Positions 1 to 16,630 of a stretch of DNA of 64,000 nt are shown piece after piece. Below the pieces are notes generated by a model. That model did no database searches, was not told the DNA's origin, and was given only the letters and a program-made list of their open reading frames with translations. The position numbers and the translations under genes are program-made. The DNA comes from Eledone cirrhosa (lineage: Eukaryota): positions 39,122,001 to 39,186,000 of the forward strand of contig OZ024745.1 in NCBI GenBank assembly GCA_964016885.1. The letters run 5' to 3'. Positions within the stretch are counted from its first letter, which is position 1; each line of letters starts with the position of its first letter.

Positions 1-600
1 GTTCCAGCTTATTAGCTATCGTCAACAACGTATACCTTCTTGCCAGATGATTGAACGTCCGAAACTATATACTTTCCTTATGTATATTAACGGCTGAGCA
101 GACTAATTTGCATATCGAGTTGGTTAGTCGGCCGGGTGCACCGAAAACGATAAACGAAAAAATGAAACGAAATTTCATTTCCCACTCTTAGTACGGCTGT
201 TACTTAAATATAAGTATGTGTACGTACATACATATATGTATACAGACGTACAGTAGTATGTATATATATATACATACATGCACACATATATATATGTACG
301 TATGGATTGACCGAACATTTATTATAATGCTCGGTGTGTTTGCAAACAAACATCCCGTATTAAGCCGTAGTGTCTAGCAACCATCATTGCTCGTTTGTTC
401 AACACTGACAAAGGAATGCTGTACTAGTTGCAAGCTTATTAGCTATCGTCAGCAACATATACATTCCTGCCAGATGATTGAACGTTGTTTACAAACACAC
501 CGAGCATTATAATAAATGTTCGTTGAATACATATGTACATATATACATGTGTGCATGTATATATATATATACATACTACTGTACGTCTGTATACATATAT
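1..600 (-). mobile_element. Non-coding PLE-type HHR element, family C (partial tandem plus inverted arm)
   Basis: 150-487 matches 9793-10130, 1-105 repeats part of the unit, and 487-600 is the reverse complement of ~230-350. A minus-strand HHR is present. Confidence 0.65.
416..458 (-). ncRNA. Type I hammerhead, family C (GAAA mutated to GCAA)
   Basis: Reverse complement: atgttg CTGACGA t agct aata agct t GCAA ctag TA cagcat. Confidence 0.6.
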
Positions 601-607
601 GGTAAGA

Positions 608-733
608 ACCCCACGGCTTGAGCTCAGCCGTCGGGGTCCTACCCGTCCCTATTACCCACTCTACCACCCTAACTATTGAGTACTTTGGTGTGTTATGGTC
701 CATCTGGTTCCTTACCACATTTCCTTCGTTATA
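608..733 (+). mobile_element. 3'-terminal fragment of the PLE family at 5075-6897
   Basis: cggcttgagctcagccgtcgggg...acccactctac...ggttccttaccaca...cttcgttatat matches 6780-6897 and ends in (TA)n. Confidence 0.6.
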
Positions 734-746
734 TATATATATATAT

Positions 747-790
<44 letters not shown>

Positions 791-852
791 CGTAAGATAA
801 GAAAATATTTTAAAAAATACTTTGAAAAATTTTTTTACTTACTTAAATTTTC

Positions 853-934
853 ACTCCAACTAATTAGTTTCTGCAATGGGATAAAGACAGTTACGTAATC
901 CAACTGTCGAGAATTTATTGCGTCATCAGGGAGT
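853..934 (-). ncRNA. Type I hammerhead, family A (inverted arm)
   Basis: Reverse complement of the motif at 1805-1886. Confidence 0.8.
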
Positions 935-1804
935 CTATTCTCACCTGAGTCTCCAGGCAATGCGCGGACACTGGCGGCTCATATAAAAATAATAATAATT
1001 CGGTAGAAAGAACAGCTGGCGAGGACTGAATTCCATGTACTGAAATTCTCACTGCTTCTAGTCAAATGGCCGATTCTAAAGAATCAATCACGTGACACAG
1101 AGGCTAGTTAGAAGTAATGGGATGGTAAGATGACTGACGCCTCCTAAGACCCCAAAAAAATTTAGAAGTGGTTTTGGCAGGTTTGCTCGACAAATCAGTG
1201 ATTTGGAGATAAATATAGATAATTTAATATATCAACTAACATAGGCGCACAGATGCACGTCCATGCCAGCAAATACACAGGTTATGTCATAATACCTAGG
1301 TGGTTCAATGCATAAGGGTGCAGAACAATAATATAAAAGACGTAAGATAAGAAAAAATTTAAAAAAGATTTTTTAAAAAAGATTTTCTTATCTTACGTCT
1401 TTTATATTGTTGTTCTGCACCCTCCTGCATTGAACCACCTAGGTATTATGACATAACCTGTGTATTTGCTGGCATGGACGTGCATCTGTGCGCCTATGTT
1501 AGTTGATATATTAAATTATCTATATTTATCTCCAAATCACTGATTTGTCGAGCAAACCTGCCAAAACCACTTCTAAATTTTTTTTGGGGTGTTAGTAGGC
1601 GTCAGTCATCTTACCATCCCATTCCTTCTAACTAGCCTCTGTGTCACGTGATTGATTCTTTAGAATCGGCCATTTGACTAGAAGCAGTGAGAATTTCAGT
1701 ACATGGAATCCAGTCCTCGCCAGCTGTTCTTTCTACCGAATTATTATTATTTTTATATGAGCCGCCAGTGTCCGCGCATTGCCTGGAGACTCAGCTGAGA
1801 ATAG

Positions 1805-1886
1805 ACTCCCTGATGACGCAATGAATTCTCGACAGTTGGATTACGTAACTGTCTTTATCCCATTGCAGAAACTAATTAGTTGGAGT
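1805..1886 (+). ncRNA. Type I hammerhead, family A
   Basis: actcc CTGATGA c gcaatg..gacagtt/aactgtc..cattgc a GAAA ctaattag TT ggagt. Stem I is ACTCC/GGAGT, stem III is the palindrome ACTAATTAGT, and cleavage is predicted after 1881. Confidence 0.85.
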
Positions 1887-2359
1887 GAAAATTTAAGTAA
1901 GTAAGTAAAAAAAATTAAAAAATTTTTTTTTTAAATATTTTTTTATCTTACGTCTTTTATATTATTGTTCTGCACCCTCCTGCATTGAACCACCTAGGTA
2001 TTATGACATAACCTGTGTATTTGCTGGCATGGACGTGCATCTGTGCGCCTATGTTAGTTGATATATTAAATTATCTATATTTATCTCCAAATCACTGATT
2101 TGTCGAGCAAACCTGCCAAAACCACTTCTAAATTTTTTTTGGGGTGTTAGTAGGCGTCAGTCATCTTACCATCCCATTCCTTCTAACTAGCCTCTGTGTC
2201 ACGTGATTGATTCTTTAGAATCGGCCATTTGACTAGAAGCAGTGAGAATTTCAGTACATGGAATCCAGTCCTCGCCAGCTGTTCTTTCTACCGAATTATT
2301 ATTATTTTTATATGAGCCGCCAGTGTCCGCGCATTGCCTGGAGACTCAGCTGAGAATAG

Positions 2360-2441
2360 ACTCCCTGATGACGCAATGAATTCTCGACAGTTGGATTACG
2401 TAACTGTCTTTATCCCATTGCAGAAACTAATTAGTTGGAGT
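2360..2441 (+). ncRNA. Type I hammerhead, family A
   Basis: Identical to 1805-1886. Confidence 0.85.
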
Positions 2442-2914
2442 GAAAATTTAAGTAAGTAAGTAAACAAATTTTTAAAAATGTTTTAAAAAATATTTTCTTA
2501 TCTTACGTCTTTTATATTATTGTTCTGCACCCTCCTGCATTGAACCACCTAGGTATTATGACATAACCTGTGTATTTGCTGGCATGGACGTTCATCTGTG
2601 CGCCTATGTTAGTTGATATATTAAATTATCTATATTTATCTCCAAATCACTGATTTGTCGAGCAAACCTGCCAAAACCACTTCTAAATTTTTTTTGGGGT
2701 GTTAGTAGGCGTCAGTCATCTTACCATCCCATTCCTTCTAACTAGCCTCTGTGTCACGTGATTGATTCTTTAGAATCGGCCATTTGACTAGAAGCAGTGA
2801 GAATTTCAGTACATGGAATCCAGTCCTCGCCAGCTGTTCTTTCTACCGAATTATTATTATTTTTATATGAGCCGCCAGTGTCCGCGCATTGCCTGGAGAC
2901 TCAGCTGAGAATAG

Positions 2915-2996
2915 ACTCCCTGATGACGCAATGAATTCTCGACAGTTGGATTACGTAACTGTCTTTATCCCATTGCAGAAACTAATTAGTTGGAGT
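2915..2996 (+). ncRNA. Type I hammerhead, family A
   Basis: Identical to 1805-1886. Confidence 0.85.
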
Positions 2997-3469
2997 GAAA
3001 ATTTAAGTAAGTAAGTAAACAAATTTTTAAAAATGTGTTAAAAAATATTTTCTTATCTTACGTCTTTTATATTATTGTTCTGCACCCTCCTGCATTGAAC
3101 CACCTAGGTATTATGACATAACCTGTGTATTTGCTGGCATGGACGTGCATCTGTGCGCCTATGTTAGTTGATATATTAAATTATCTATATTTATCTCCAA
3201 ATCACTGATTTGTCGAGCAAACCTGCCAAAACCACTTCTAAATTTTTTTTGGGGTGTTAGTAGGCGTCAGTCATCTTACCATCCCATTCCTTCTAACTAG
3301 CCTCTGTGTCACGTGATTGATTCTTTAGAATCGGCCATTTGACTAGAAGCAGTGGGAATTTCAGTACATGGAATCCAGTCCTCGCCAGCTGTTCTTTCTA
3401 CCGAATTATTATTATTTTTATATGAGCCGCCAGTGTCCGCGCATTGCCTGGAGACTCAGCTGAGAATAG

Positions 3470-3551
3470 ACTCCCTGATGACGCAATGAATTCTCGACAG
3501 TTGGATTACGTAACTGTCTTTATCCCATTGCAGAAACTAATTAGTTGGAGT
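3470..3551 (+). ncRNA. Type I hammerhead, family A
   Basis: Identical to 1805-1886. Confidence 0.85.
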
Positions 3552-3738
3552 GAAAATTTAAGTAAGTAAGTAAAAAAAATTTTAAAAATTTTTTTAAAAA
3601 TATTTTTTTATCTTACGTCTTTTATATTATTGTTCTGCACCCTCCTGCATTGAACCACCTAGGTATTATGACATAACCTGTGTATTTGCTGGCATGGACG
3701 TGCATCTGTGCGCCTATGTTAGTTGATATATTAAATTA

Positions 3739-3955
<217 letters not shown>

Positions 3956-3959
3956 AGGA

Positions 3960-4740
3960 AAATGTTCAAGACCCCGTGGGCAGAGCGCAAATCGTTTCGA
4001 CGACTATTTCTGGACTAAATTAGAATTTTAGCGTGGTAATAAATAGGCGAACGTTTCAAGTGGTAATTCCATATATGGGCAGATTGTAGTTGTCAAAAGG
4101 ATTGGTCACCATTTCTTGTAAACACAATTAAATAATTCATGGTGGTGGTTGGGTGTGGGGTGGCTGAACTTGCCTGTAGAACAATGAGAGATTGGGTGGT
4201 GCCGTTCAAACTTTGAAATTGAATTCTATACAGAAAATTCTAGGGAGTGTGAATGAAATTAGGCTAGGTAGAAAGCAGGCGAAGAAAGAAATCTGGAGGA
4301 ATCTGAGAGTGGGAAGTTATAAAATTAAAAAACTAAAAAATTAATGAATTGTAATTAAAAAATAAAAAAAGAATAAATAAAAATAATATAAAAAAATTAA
4401 ATAATAAAAAATAATTTAAAAAAAATAGAGTCTAAAACTGCTGCTATACTTGTAGCTGGTATTGCGTTTTCGGCCAATCCTATATCGAATTTACTGGATT
4501 GGGGTTACTGTGTCTACAAAAGCCCGATGGAATGCCTCAGGGCAAGCGAGAGAGAAAAAATAAAAAGGAACAGGAGAGGGAGTGGAAGGAAGTGAGAAGA
4601 AGAGATAAAGGGAAAGAAGAAAAGAAGTTCATCTACATATGTATGCTGGGGTTTTCCCTATCTTGTTTAGCAAGTGGGGAAAAGAAGGATGTTACAGCCA
4701 TTGTCTACCCACCTGGGTCATGAGGCGGTTTGAGTGCTAC
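3960..4740 (-). mobile_element. Diverged copy of the 3' region of the PLE at 5075-6897
   Basis: The reverse complement aligns by eye with ~6040-6815. Confidence 0.75.
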
Positions 4741-4952
4741 AAAACCGATTATTTGCTTAAATTTAATCTGTTCTTATAATATATATATTATAATATATAT
4801 ATTATTATACTTTGGGAGGGTCATGTTGCCAATAAGAAACACACCCACCAGTTGCTTTCACTTCAATTTATTATAATAAATTTATAAATTAAGGATTTTT
4901 TTAATTTCCGGTTCGTTGGTTGGTTCCACAACCAGATGATTGTTTATATATT

Positions 4953-4995
4953 GTCAAAGTTCTTTCGTCACACATTCTGTGACCACTTCAGTGAC
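4953..4995 (-). ncRNA. Type I hammerhead, family D, in fragment ~4800-5050
   Basis: Reverse complement: gtca CTGAAGT g gtcaca gaatg tgtgac GAAA gaac TT tgac. A9 is mutated; the copy at 24980 has the intact CTGAAGA. Confidence 0.7.
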
Positions 4996-5074
4996 TGGGG
5001 ATTATTTCTTTGTTTTTGTGCCTCTCCCTTGTTCTGTCCTACGCCATCTTCATATATATATATATATATATGAA

Positions 5075-7023
<1,949 letters not shown>

Positions 7024-7165
7024 TTATTTAGGTTTGTTGGTTCACCACTCGATAAAACTGGTCATTCCGTATGGTCAACCTCGATGTAATATTATGGAGA
7101 TCACTCAACGTAATGCAACTCACCCATCATCGTTTGTGTAGTTAGAGGTGCGTGTACGGAGTTAA

Positions 7166-7550
7166 TTATTATAAAATAACAGGAGGATGGACTGGTGTAA
7201 ATCCTTGAAAGGTTTATTATACTATGATCATTTCAGTGACCCGGCTCAGTATGAATCCGGTGATATTATCAGGTATTCAAAATATGACAAAGGAATATAA
7301 CATGATACATTTCATGGGGCTGAAAATCAGAGACAAGAGGACGATCGACTATTTAGCAGCTTCTACCTCCGTCGGCCGCCCTCAAGTCCTCTTGTCTCCG
7401 ATTTTCAGCCCCATGGATGTTATTTGTTATAATCCTTTGTTATATTTTGAATACCTGATGATGGCACCTGAACCCGGTCACTGAAATGATCATAGTAAAA
7501 TAAACCTTTCAAGGATTTACACAAGTCCAGCCTCCTGTTATTTTATAATA
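7166..7550. mobile_element. Inverted-repeat HHR element, family E
   Basis: Arms ~7166-7351 and ~7386-7550. HHRs at 7219-7276 (-) and 7451-7497 (+): atac CTGATGA..GAAA tgatca TA gta, with palindromic stem III ATGATCAT. Confidence 0.75.
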
Positions 7551-7569
7551 TATACATATATATACATAT

Positions 7570-8550
7570 TTCATTTTTTGTATTTCAGCACGCATGTGTT
7601 GGTTTCCATTTCAATTTATTATAAATTTCCAGTTGGTTACATTAATGACCGGATGGGACATTATTTGTTTATTGTGAATGTTATTTCGTCACACATTCCA
7701 TGACATCCTCACTGATTAATTAGTTATTGTGTGCCTCTCCTTTGTGTGGTCCCCCGTCTTGTTTTATTTTTAGTTGTGTGATATATACATGTGTTGTGCA
7801 TGCGTTATAGGTGTGTGTGTTTGTTTTCATTTAATTATTTATAGGTTTATTTACTTGTCACTTGTTTATTCTATCTATGTGTCTCTGGTTTGTTTTATTA
7901 GTTTGGTTCGTGTGCGTTTCTGTATATCTTAATCGTGTCCTTAGTTACTAGTTATGATGTTGCTACTCCACTCATGTTTCTGGTTAATTTTGGTAGGAGT
8001 TCATTTATTTTTGTTATTTTTGTAATCTGTCCTAGCATTTCGTCCGTTCTGTGTGTGGATATGATTGTTATTTGTATGTTGTCTAGTGTGGGCAACGTTC
8101 TATCTTGGCATGCTGGCGGAGTACTGATGTGTTGTTCCAATTTTGTAGTTAATCTTTCTCCACCTATGTTTGGTTTGTTTCGATTTTTACAGTGTTCCCC
8201 CGTACAGTTTCCGATATATACTACGTTCCTAATTTTGGAGTTAATTTCTGGGCTTAATTAGCAGAAAATATATATTCTGTCAGTGCTGGTGATTTTTTCA
8301 AAGGGATATGTTCTACTAATCAGGACTTTTATGAGAATAACTGGTTTTTCAATACTTAGTTTTAATTTGTCTAGGGCTCTCCTAAATCTGGAAGCTAGTT
8401 CGCAACTGTAGATGGCATTGACGAACATTAGACCCTGGAATTTATTTCTGTGTACAGGGAGTTGAATTTATTAGGATTCTTCTTATCGAGAAACTTTCTG
8501 GTAAAACACATATCCTCGAATATGTTTTGCTAACTTGTTATTGAACTAAA
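7570..8550 (-). mobile_element. Heavily decayed PLE 3' part (GIY-YIG relic plus family D-like end)
   Basis: The minus strand reads RNVVYIGNC...NIGGERLTTKLEQH. 7570-7760 resembles 4840-5050, including a degenerate HHR at ~7673-7716. Confidence 0.5.
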
Positions 8551-9174
8551 TCTATACCGAAATCATCCTTTGGACTGAGTACTCTACCAACATAGGATAT
8601 AACGTCTTGATTTTTCGCCAGTATATATATATATATATATATACACATATATATATACACACAATACATAGACGCCCCCCCCCCATATATATATTATATG
8701 TGTATGTGTGTGTGTGTGTCTGCGTGTGTGTGTGTGAGTATGTGTAAGTATGTGTGTGTGTATGTGTGTGTGTGTATATTGCAGCTAATGATCGGTATAA
8801 GATCTGCAAGGCTGGAACGAGGTACTTATTAAAATCTCACAACAGTGACATCCGCTGACATTCGCGTTTCTTTGTGTTTACTGCCACGTTGTAATGAAGT
8901 TACTACCAAGGAGATTCTTATTTGTGAAGGACAGTTCTAAAGTAAGGGTCACACTATTATTTGTTTAACTTATATTTAACCTCTATAATGTAAGAGAGAT
9001 AATTATAACACGAATACACACACACGCACACACACAAACGCCCCCCCCCCCCCCCACACACACATAATTTTTATATACATAGAGGGAGAATAACTTCTCT
9101 CATCTTTACCAGGACCTATATTGGAATATCCCAATATTACCATACATATACTGAATAAATATATATATATATAA

Positions 9175-9206
<32 letters not shown>

Positions 9207-9627
9207 GAGAGAGAGGTTTGTGTGTGTGTGAGTGAGTGGATTTATAAATCCCAGTTGGAGATCCTACTTTACTGGCATAACGTTAGATGGAGCTCATAAT
9301 ATCTGTTTATTGAATATCGATTAATTTGAAGACTGGTAGTTTTGACAATCTTACTAGTTGGTTAATGGTTTTGTAATTTAAGTTGCCAAGGCTTGTTAGA
9401 TACATTTGTGTTCTCCAAAGGAGCGGCTATCAACAAAATTTAGCATGTGGTTTCGCAGCTGTCATATAATTAAAAAGTTCAAGCTAACGCTCTATATTAT
9501 ATTAGGTTCAGTACATTTGGTACGACTTATTGCTTTGAAACAACCTAACTATCAATGTACAACTTTGAAACAAACTAACTATCAATGTACAACTTCATGT
9601 ATTCAAAGGGATATTCTATTTATATTC

Positions 9628-9694
<67 letters not shown>

Positions 9695-9707
9695 TATATA
9701 TATATAT

Positions 9708-9792
<85 letters not shown>

Positions 9793-10195
9793 AACGGGAA
9801 AATTGAAACGAAATTTCATCTCTCACTCTTAGTACGGATGTTACTTAAATATAAGTAGTATACGTACATACGTATTTGTATACATACGTACAGTAGTATG
9901 TATATATACATACATGCACATATATATATATATATACGTACGTATGGATTCACCGAACATTTATTATAATGCTCGGTGTGTTTGTAAACAAACATCCCGA
10001 ATTAAGCCGTACAGTGTCTAGCAACCATCGTTGTTCATTTGTTCAAAACTGACAAAGGAACGCTGTACTAGTTTCAAGCTTATTAGCTATCCTCAGCAAC
10101 GTATACATTCCTGTCAGATTATTGAACGATTGAAAGTATATACTTTGCTTATGCATATTAACGGCTGAGCAGCATAACTTGCATATCGGCCGGGG
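9793..10195 (-). mobile_element. Family C HHR element
   Basis: Homologous to 150-487 and 1-115; abuts (TA)n. Confidence 0.7.
10061..10101 (-). ncRNA. Minimal type I hammerhead, family C, intact core
   Basis: Reverse complement: cgttg CTGAGGA t agct aata agct t GAAA ctag TA cagcg, with palindromic stem III ACTAGT. Confidence 0.85.
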
Positions 10196-10247
10196 TTATA
10201 CATAAAATAAAATAAAATACATACAGACCGCCTCAATAACTATTACA

Positions 10248-10332
10248 TCTCCCGAACACATTTTTGATTTAATCCGTTTCGCCCTGATAATGCGTTTGTA
10301 ACAAAAAATCCGTGGGCATCATCAGCGAGAGA
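10248..10332 (-). ncRNA. Type I hammerhead, family F
   Basis: Reverse complement: tctctcg CTGATGA t gccc..gggc GAAA cg..tg TT cgggaga, with a 7-bp stem I. Confidence 0.75.
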
Positions 10333-10437
10333 ATAGATTAAATGAAACAAAAACCTAAGCCAAAGCCACACGAATGAATATTTCACCTCGTATGCTTGAA
10401 GTCAAAAGTGCTTCAGTGGATTGGCTAGAGTGGATTG

Positions 10438-10535
<98 letters not shown>

Positions 10536-10564
10536 ATATATATATAAATATACACATATATATG

Positions 10565-10633
<69 letters not shown>

Positions 10634-13600
10634 CATGAATAATATATATCTTTGTTTTGAGAAAACGTTGACGGGTGGTCGGGTGATGAAACAGTTATTA
10701 ATATATTTATATAGGCATGGTTTGTTGACAGTATTGGCAATAAAGAACGCACATTATTGGTTTTAACTCTAGATTTATTATTAATTATTAATTCGCCAAA
10801 TTTCTTTACTAGCATGTTGTGTGACCTTCTCAATAACTATTTGTATTCGTCTCTTTTTCTGGTTTTATTCCATTTCCTTTATTTTGTTTTACAAGAGAAC
10901 GCACCACAGAAAGATAAAGAAAATTACACGACGGGATAAAGAAAATTACACAAGGCACACACATGCACGTATAAGCATACATTCTCTTGGAATATTACTT
11001 TTAAGTTGAGGCATTCAGGAAAACAAAATCTTTTTGAGCAGGTCATAGAAGGTGTGGCGAAATAATTTTGGCAAAATACCCAAGAACTAATATTTATTTG
11101 AATAAGGAATCCGCAATTATTAAAACAGTATTGTTTTGAATATTTAATAATGAAATTATTATTATTATAATCATACATAATATTATTTCCACTAATTTTT
11201 ATTAAATACTTATTTTTCTATGCCTATTGAGTTAACATTAATATTATTATATCGATTCTTCACATTCATGTGAAATGTTCATATTAACTACCTTTTTAGT
11301 AAGGTTGAATTATATCGAGCTCGATTAAGCCTCATTATAGTATTGAGCATTTTGTTCCAATATTCTTTATTTGGAAGAAAGTCTAGATGTTCTATCAGAT
11401 ACATGATTAACAATATATTAGATAACAGATGTAGGGTGGCTCATATGGTACATTATGTAAAATCCCGCAGTTTTAAGGATTTCAGTATTCAAATCTAGTG
11501 TGACAGACGGGAAGTTAACCATCTTTATATTATTTACGACAGCTATCAAAAAATATCGTTTTTAAAGAATTTAAATGTTCTTTTTTTAATTTTCTCAAAT
11601 GCAAAGTTACTAAAATAATGTCTCAAACTAAACAGAGCAATGTCGCTATAAAGGCCACCTCCCGTTCAGGGGAATTCCTTTCTAAATGTATAAAAGAGAA
11701 ATATCCAGTAAAGTCCCATAGTAAAGTCGAAATTATTTGGAAGATTTATTCCTCCTCATGAAATTCAGTGATAATGCGTGTAGCTACCAACAAAAATATT
11801 AATTTCCTCTTTGGTAACATCAGTAGGTTCCAAAGTTTTATTTAGGTGGCTATGGGAAATAGATTCATAATCATTGTCAATATCAAATTATAAAAAATGC
11901 ACATAGATGATATTATCTAATTGAATATCAAGGATATGTTTAATACATTTCTCTATACTGGAAGCCGTTTTTTTTTTATTTAAACTTAGCGGTGTTGAAA
12001 GTCTATTGTTCAGCATAGTTTTCGAAGTTCAATTGATTTTAAATGATTTTACACTGCCTAATGATGGTCATTTGTGTAACCTATATAATGTTTGTTTAAG
12101 TTCCCTATATATGAGATAATTATATCAATCATAGTCCATACAGCACATGTTTTTCTTCTTCTCTTAAAGTATCCGTATATTTTGTGTTTTCTAATCTACT
12201 TCATAGAATCTGTTGTATATATATACTATAACAGTAGTTTAGTTAATACCCACATTTCACACTCATACTCACCCAACCACAACTAAATTATAAATCAATG
12301 GTACTATATTGCTATTTAGATAATGGACGCAACAACCTATTAACGTATTGAGGCCTCACACCTTCATAATTACATATCACAACTTACAACCATAAATACT
12401 CTTTATTTAACGTTGCTTCAGTTCACTCAGTTATAGAAATGTGTCCCGACGTCACTGGTGCCGAGCCTTTCCCGTAGACAACAACTCTGGCGTGAAGACA
12501 GGTGACTGTTATGCATGGACGACTGTTGTTCTTCCACACACAAATCTCGCCTAGGCTTCAGCATCGGGGGGAAACATTCTAGGTTCGAAACTATAGTCAT
12601 CATTGACCATTGGGGGTCGTGTATTAAGTCAAATGTTTCGTTTACATGTAATTAAGATTTTATTTTGTATCGACCTGCTACGTGCGTTTCGCAGCGGATT
12701 GGCTCGAGGTCACCTATCGAAATTGAATCCTTAAGCTGAAGAGAAGATCGATATTGGAAACAATTACAGAACATCTATATTTGACCACAAGCCAATTCTA
12801 TGCCAAACGTACGTAAGAGGTCGATGCAAAATATATTTCCAAACATATGTAAATGAAATTTCATCGGTTTTATTTATTATATACACGTATTTATTATATA
12901 CACGCTCATATTGGTGATTTACTGAATCACATGAACTATATATATATAAATGTGATTATTTTTGTCTGTGTGTTTTTGTTTGAATATGTATGTATTTATT
13001 TGAATATGTATGTATGTATGTGTATGTATGTGTGTGTGTATGTATATATATGTGTATGTGTCTGTATATGTGTGTGTGTGTGTATATGTGTGTGCGTATG
13101 TGTGTATGTGTGTGTATGTGTGTGTGTGTGTGTGTGTGTAACTATATGATCACATACATATATGTGTATTTGGAATCACGATGATCGTTGATCAGAAATC
13201 AAAAAAGAATATCAGAAAATATCTAATATATCTTAACTTTCGAAGAATATGAAATATAAAAAATGCATTGAAAATATTAATAAGTAAACTGAATTAATTA
13301 TTGTTGAAATGGTACTGCATTTTTCATTTAATACATGTTTTACGCATTGTATTTTTTCTTTGGAGTTTTCATTTTTCTAAGTTCCTTTGAAATTTTCTGT
13401 ATTAAATTTCAAAATATAAATAAGAAACATGCATTTTTGGAAATAATTCTTTTCATGCGAGTTGCTGCCAAATAAATCAAAATTATAATATATCATGGTT
13501 ATAGAGTTAATAAACTCTATTGAATGTGAGGCCTCATGAGATACTGATTTTGTTTGATAGAGATTTCTTAATTTTGGGGATACAAACTCAATTTCACAAC

Positions 13601-15304
13601 AATTGTTGTGTCGGATAAATCATATTCATGTTAGGTTTGACGATTTGATTATTTATAAATTCTGACATTGTATTCTGTGATTACATATTGAATTCTTAAG
13701 CTGAAATTATGATTTATTAACAGCATTGTAGACAGTGGAAAAATCATTTACAAACTAATGAAAGTTAGTGTATCGGCAAGAAATCTTTATCTGCATTATA
13801 CATGTTACTAATAAGATTATATATGTTATTTAATTCTTTTTGGAAAAATAGGAAATTTCGTATTGCCTCAACACTAGACACAAATAGGTTAGAACTCTAT
13901 CTTGTAAAGCAGCGCTTTATGTACATTAACGATAAAGAATATACTATTTTGGAAGGTATTTCAGCATAAACCTAGGTATTCTTCAGACTGTTCACATTTT
14001 CATTTGCTGTAGTTTGAGAAAATATATAATTGCTTAGAGTTATCTTGATTAAAAAAAAATTATGCACTGTTGTAGGAGACACATCAAAGAATTTAGCCAA
14101 CTTATTAGAGTATATTTATTAATACTTGCTACATTATCTAGGTATTTATTACATCAACAAACATTAATATATCTCCAATATGTAAATGCACGTATTTGAT
14201 TGAAGGTTTATTTTAGTTGCTTATTTATATTCTCAAATTCTCTATGTAGTAATCAACACACTTGGTATAATTTTATTTCTGCAAGTTACCGTGGATGAAT
14301 AAAAACAATTTAAAATAGTAAAAGAAATTACCTCACTACACATATCATAACTTGTATATGCATCAATATTGACAAAAGTAATAAGGAAAACAGTTCTTCT
14401 AACCTAAAACAGTTATTCCTATTGTGCGTATGCTACGTGTTTTTAGTAAAGTGTTTTTAGCAGAGAGTACGTTATAGAGTCACAATAAACGTAGCATCAT
14501 CTGGTTACTTGAGTGATGTACATTAAATAATGATTAATAACGAAATAAATAAAATCGTATTCATACAATGTAGATTATCTAAACAATAACTATGCAAATA
14601 AGTTTGTTAGTTTCCTTGACAGCAAAACGAGATACAAATGCAGTCTGCACAATATTAAGTTTCAGTCAGGTCAGGAATTACTTTATAGCATGTTGTAAAC
14701 TCTTTCTTCCTTTGATGGTTTAATTATCTAATATCGCTAGTCTTTATAGTACGCACGTGAGACATGGCAAGGCAGGTGGTCATTAGACATCGATGCCTGA
14801 TGATTAATGAGATTTAGGTACCGAATGCTAGATTAGATAGTTTTTAATTGCTATTAAACATAAATATTCATTGTTCACCGTTTGAAAAGGCAATAAGGAC
14901 TTGTAGGTGGTCTTGTCGAATGAATTTTCAGCAAGCAGTGATTGCCAAGCTAAGGAAAAGCAAACAAATATCGTTCTATTAAAGTTGTACTTGCTCAGTT
15001 AAAATTCTATGACTATGTCCATTGTAAGCCGTTATCATCATTATTTTTCACATAGCCCTATCCTCTTCCACTTTCGCCATAACGATGTCCATCCTAAATT
15101 AATTATCCCTCCTCACTTAAATCCCCTTCCTCACTACGAATCTTCCTTTATTTATACTGTGTCTGGTATTTAAACGTTAGTTATTGTCTGGTGACCCTGG
15201 AATTAACAGTCACCCCTGCAGGGTAATATGACACACTATGAAGCCTCAATAATAATAAAAATGACAACTATCTATCTATCTATAGACACACACACACCAC
15301 ACAG

Positions 15305-15368
<64 letters not shown>

Positions 15369-15376
15369 GTGTGTGC

Positions 15377-15471
<95 letters not shown>

Positions 15472-16589
15472 TGTGTGTGTGTGTGTGTGTGCAACATTTA
15501 AACGGAGGCAACAAAACAGACAACATAGTACACTGTAGAAATATATTATATTAAGGCTTGATATTATTGGAAAGGTGTCTTTAAGATTCGGACACTAGTC
15601 ATTCACCAGCAGATAGAATGTGAAATGAAAGATGAAATAATAATATAGAGTGTAATAAAAGAGTGGAACGGAAAAATATGTTTCTGAGAAAAACACGTGT
15701 ATTCCTACAATGTTTTGTGGAAAATGCATATACATATATGGCACAAAATCGGGAAGGAGTTGTCGAGAGTATGTCAATTTGTCTATATATTGCACATAGC
15801 AGAATCCTTCGAAAAGCTCTTAATTGAAAATTCAACAACCTTCATGTAAAAAGCATAATTAATTAAACACAACATGTAGCGAATACACAAGCAACGTTAA
15901 TTGCTTATATTGCAAATGAATAATCAACAAAATATATATGTGTTAATCGTACAGAAGTACGTCTTATATGAACAAAACTGCAAATAATATATTCTTGGGT
16001 ATCCATGGAGAGCTTATGCAGTGAAAAATATGTGTATGCCTATGTAGCGTATATTTTCTTCCAGCATCTGCAGATATAGATAATGCAGTAGGAACATAAT
16101 ATATTTCAGACAGAATTACTATAATCGCATTTAATGGAATGTTATACGTATGGGAAACATTTGCAACATACATTCATTTGAGAGATGTGGAAACGAGGGA
16201 TATTACATTGCTGTTATCAAACATGTAATATACATAAATCGAAAATCAAGCTATAGCAGCTTTAGCTAGGATATGGAAAACATTCGAGTGGTATTGATTC
16301 ACACGTACACACATGGACACATTGTAAAATTATAACCAATATAGGTGCGTACATGTGGGTGAGAGAGTGAGAAAGCAATAAAAATGTAAATGGAACTCAA
16401 TTGGCTATCGAATGAACCAACAGCTAAATCGTGCACCTTATACATATTCTCCGAGGGAATTAGCATGTCACTGTGTGTCAGGGCTGTGTTTGTAATATCT
16501 GGAGTGGAGCTTGTCAAATCAGACCGAGGAAACAATGTTTCTAGTGGCTCTTCCAATTGCTAATAGTATCTGTCGTCCGCAACTCCGGG

Positions 16590-16630
<41 letters not shown>

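Noticed and set aside
40-95. Plus-strand CAGATGA..GAAA hammerhead-like motif (also at ~10113)
   Set aside because: Stem I does not pair; the convincing HHR of this family is on the minus strand.
12736-12775. CTGAAGA..GAAA motif
   Set aside because: No stem I or stem III pairing.
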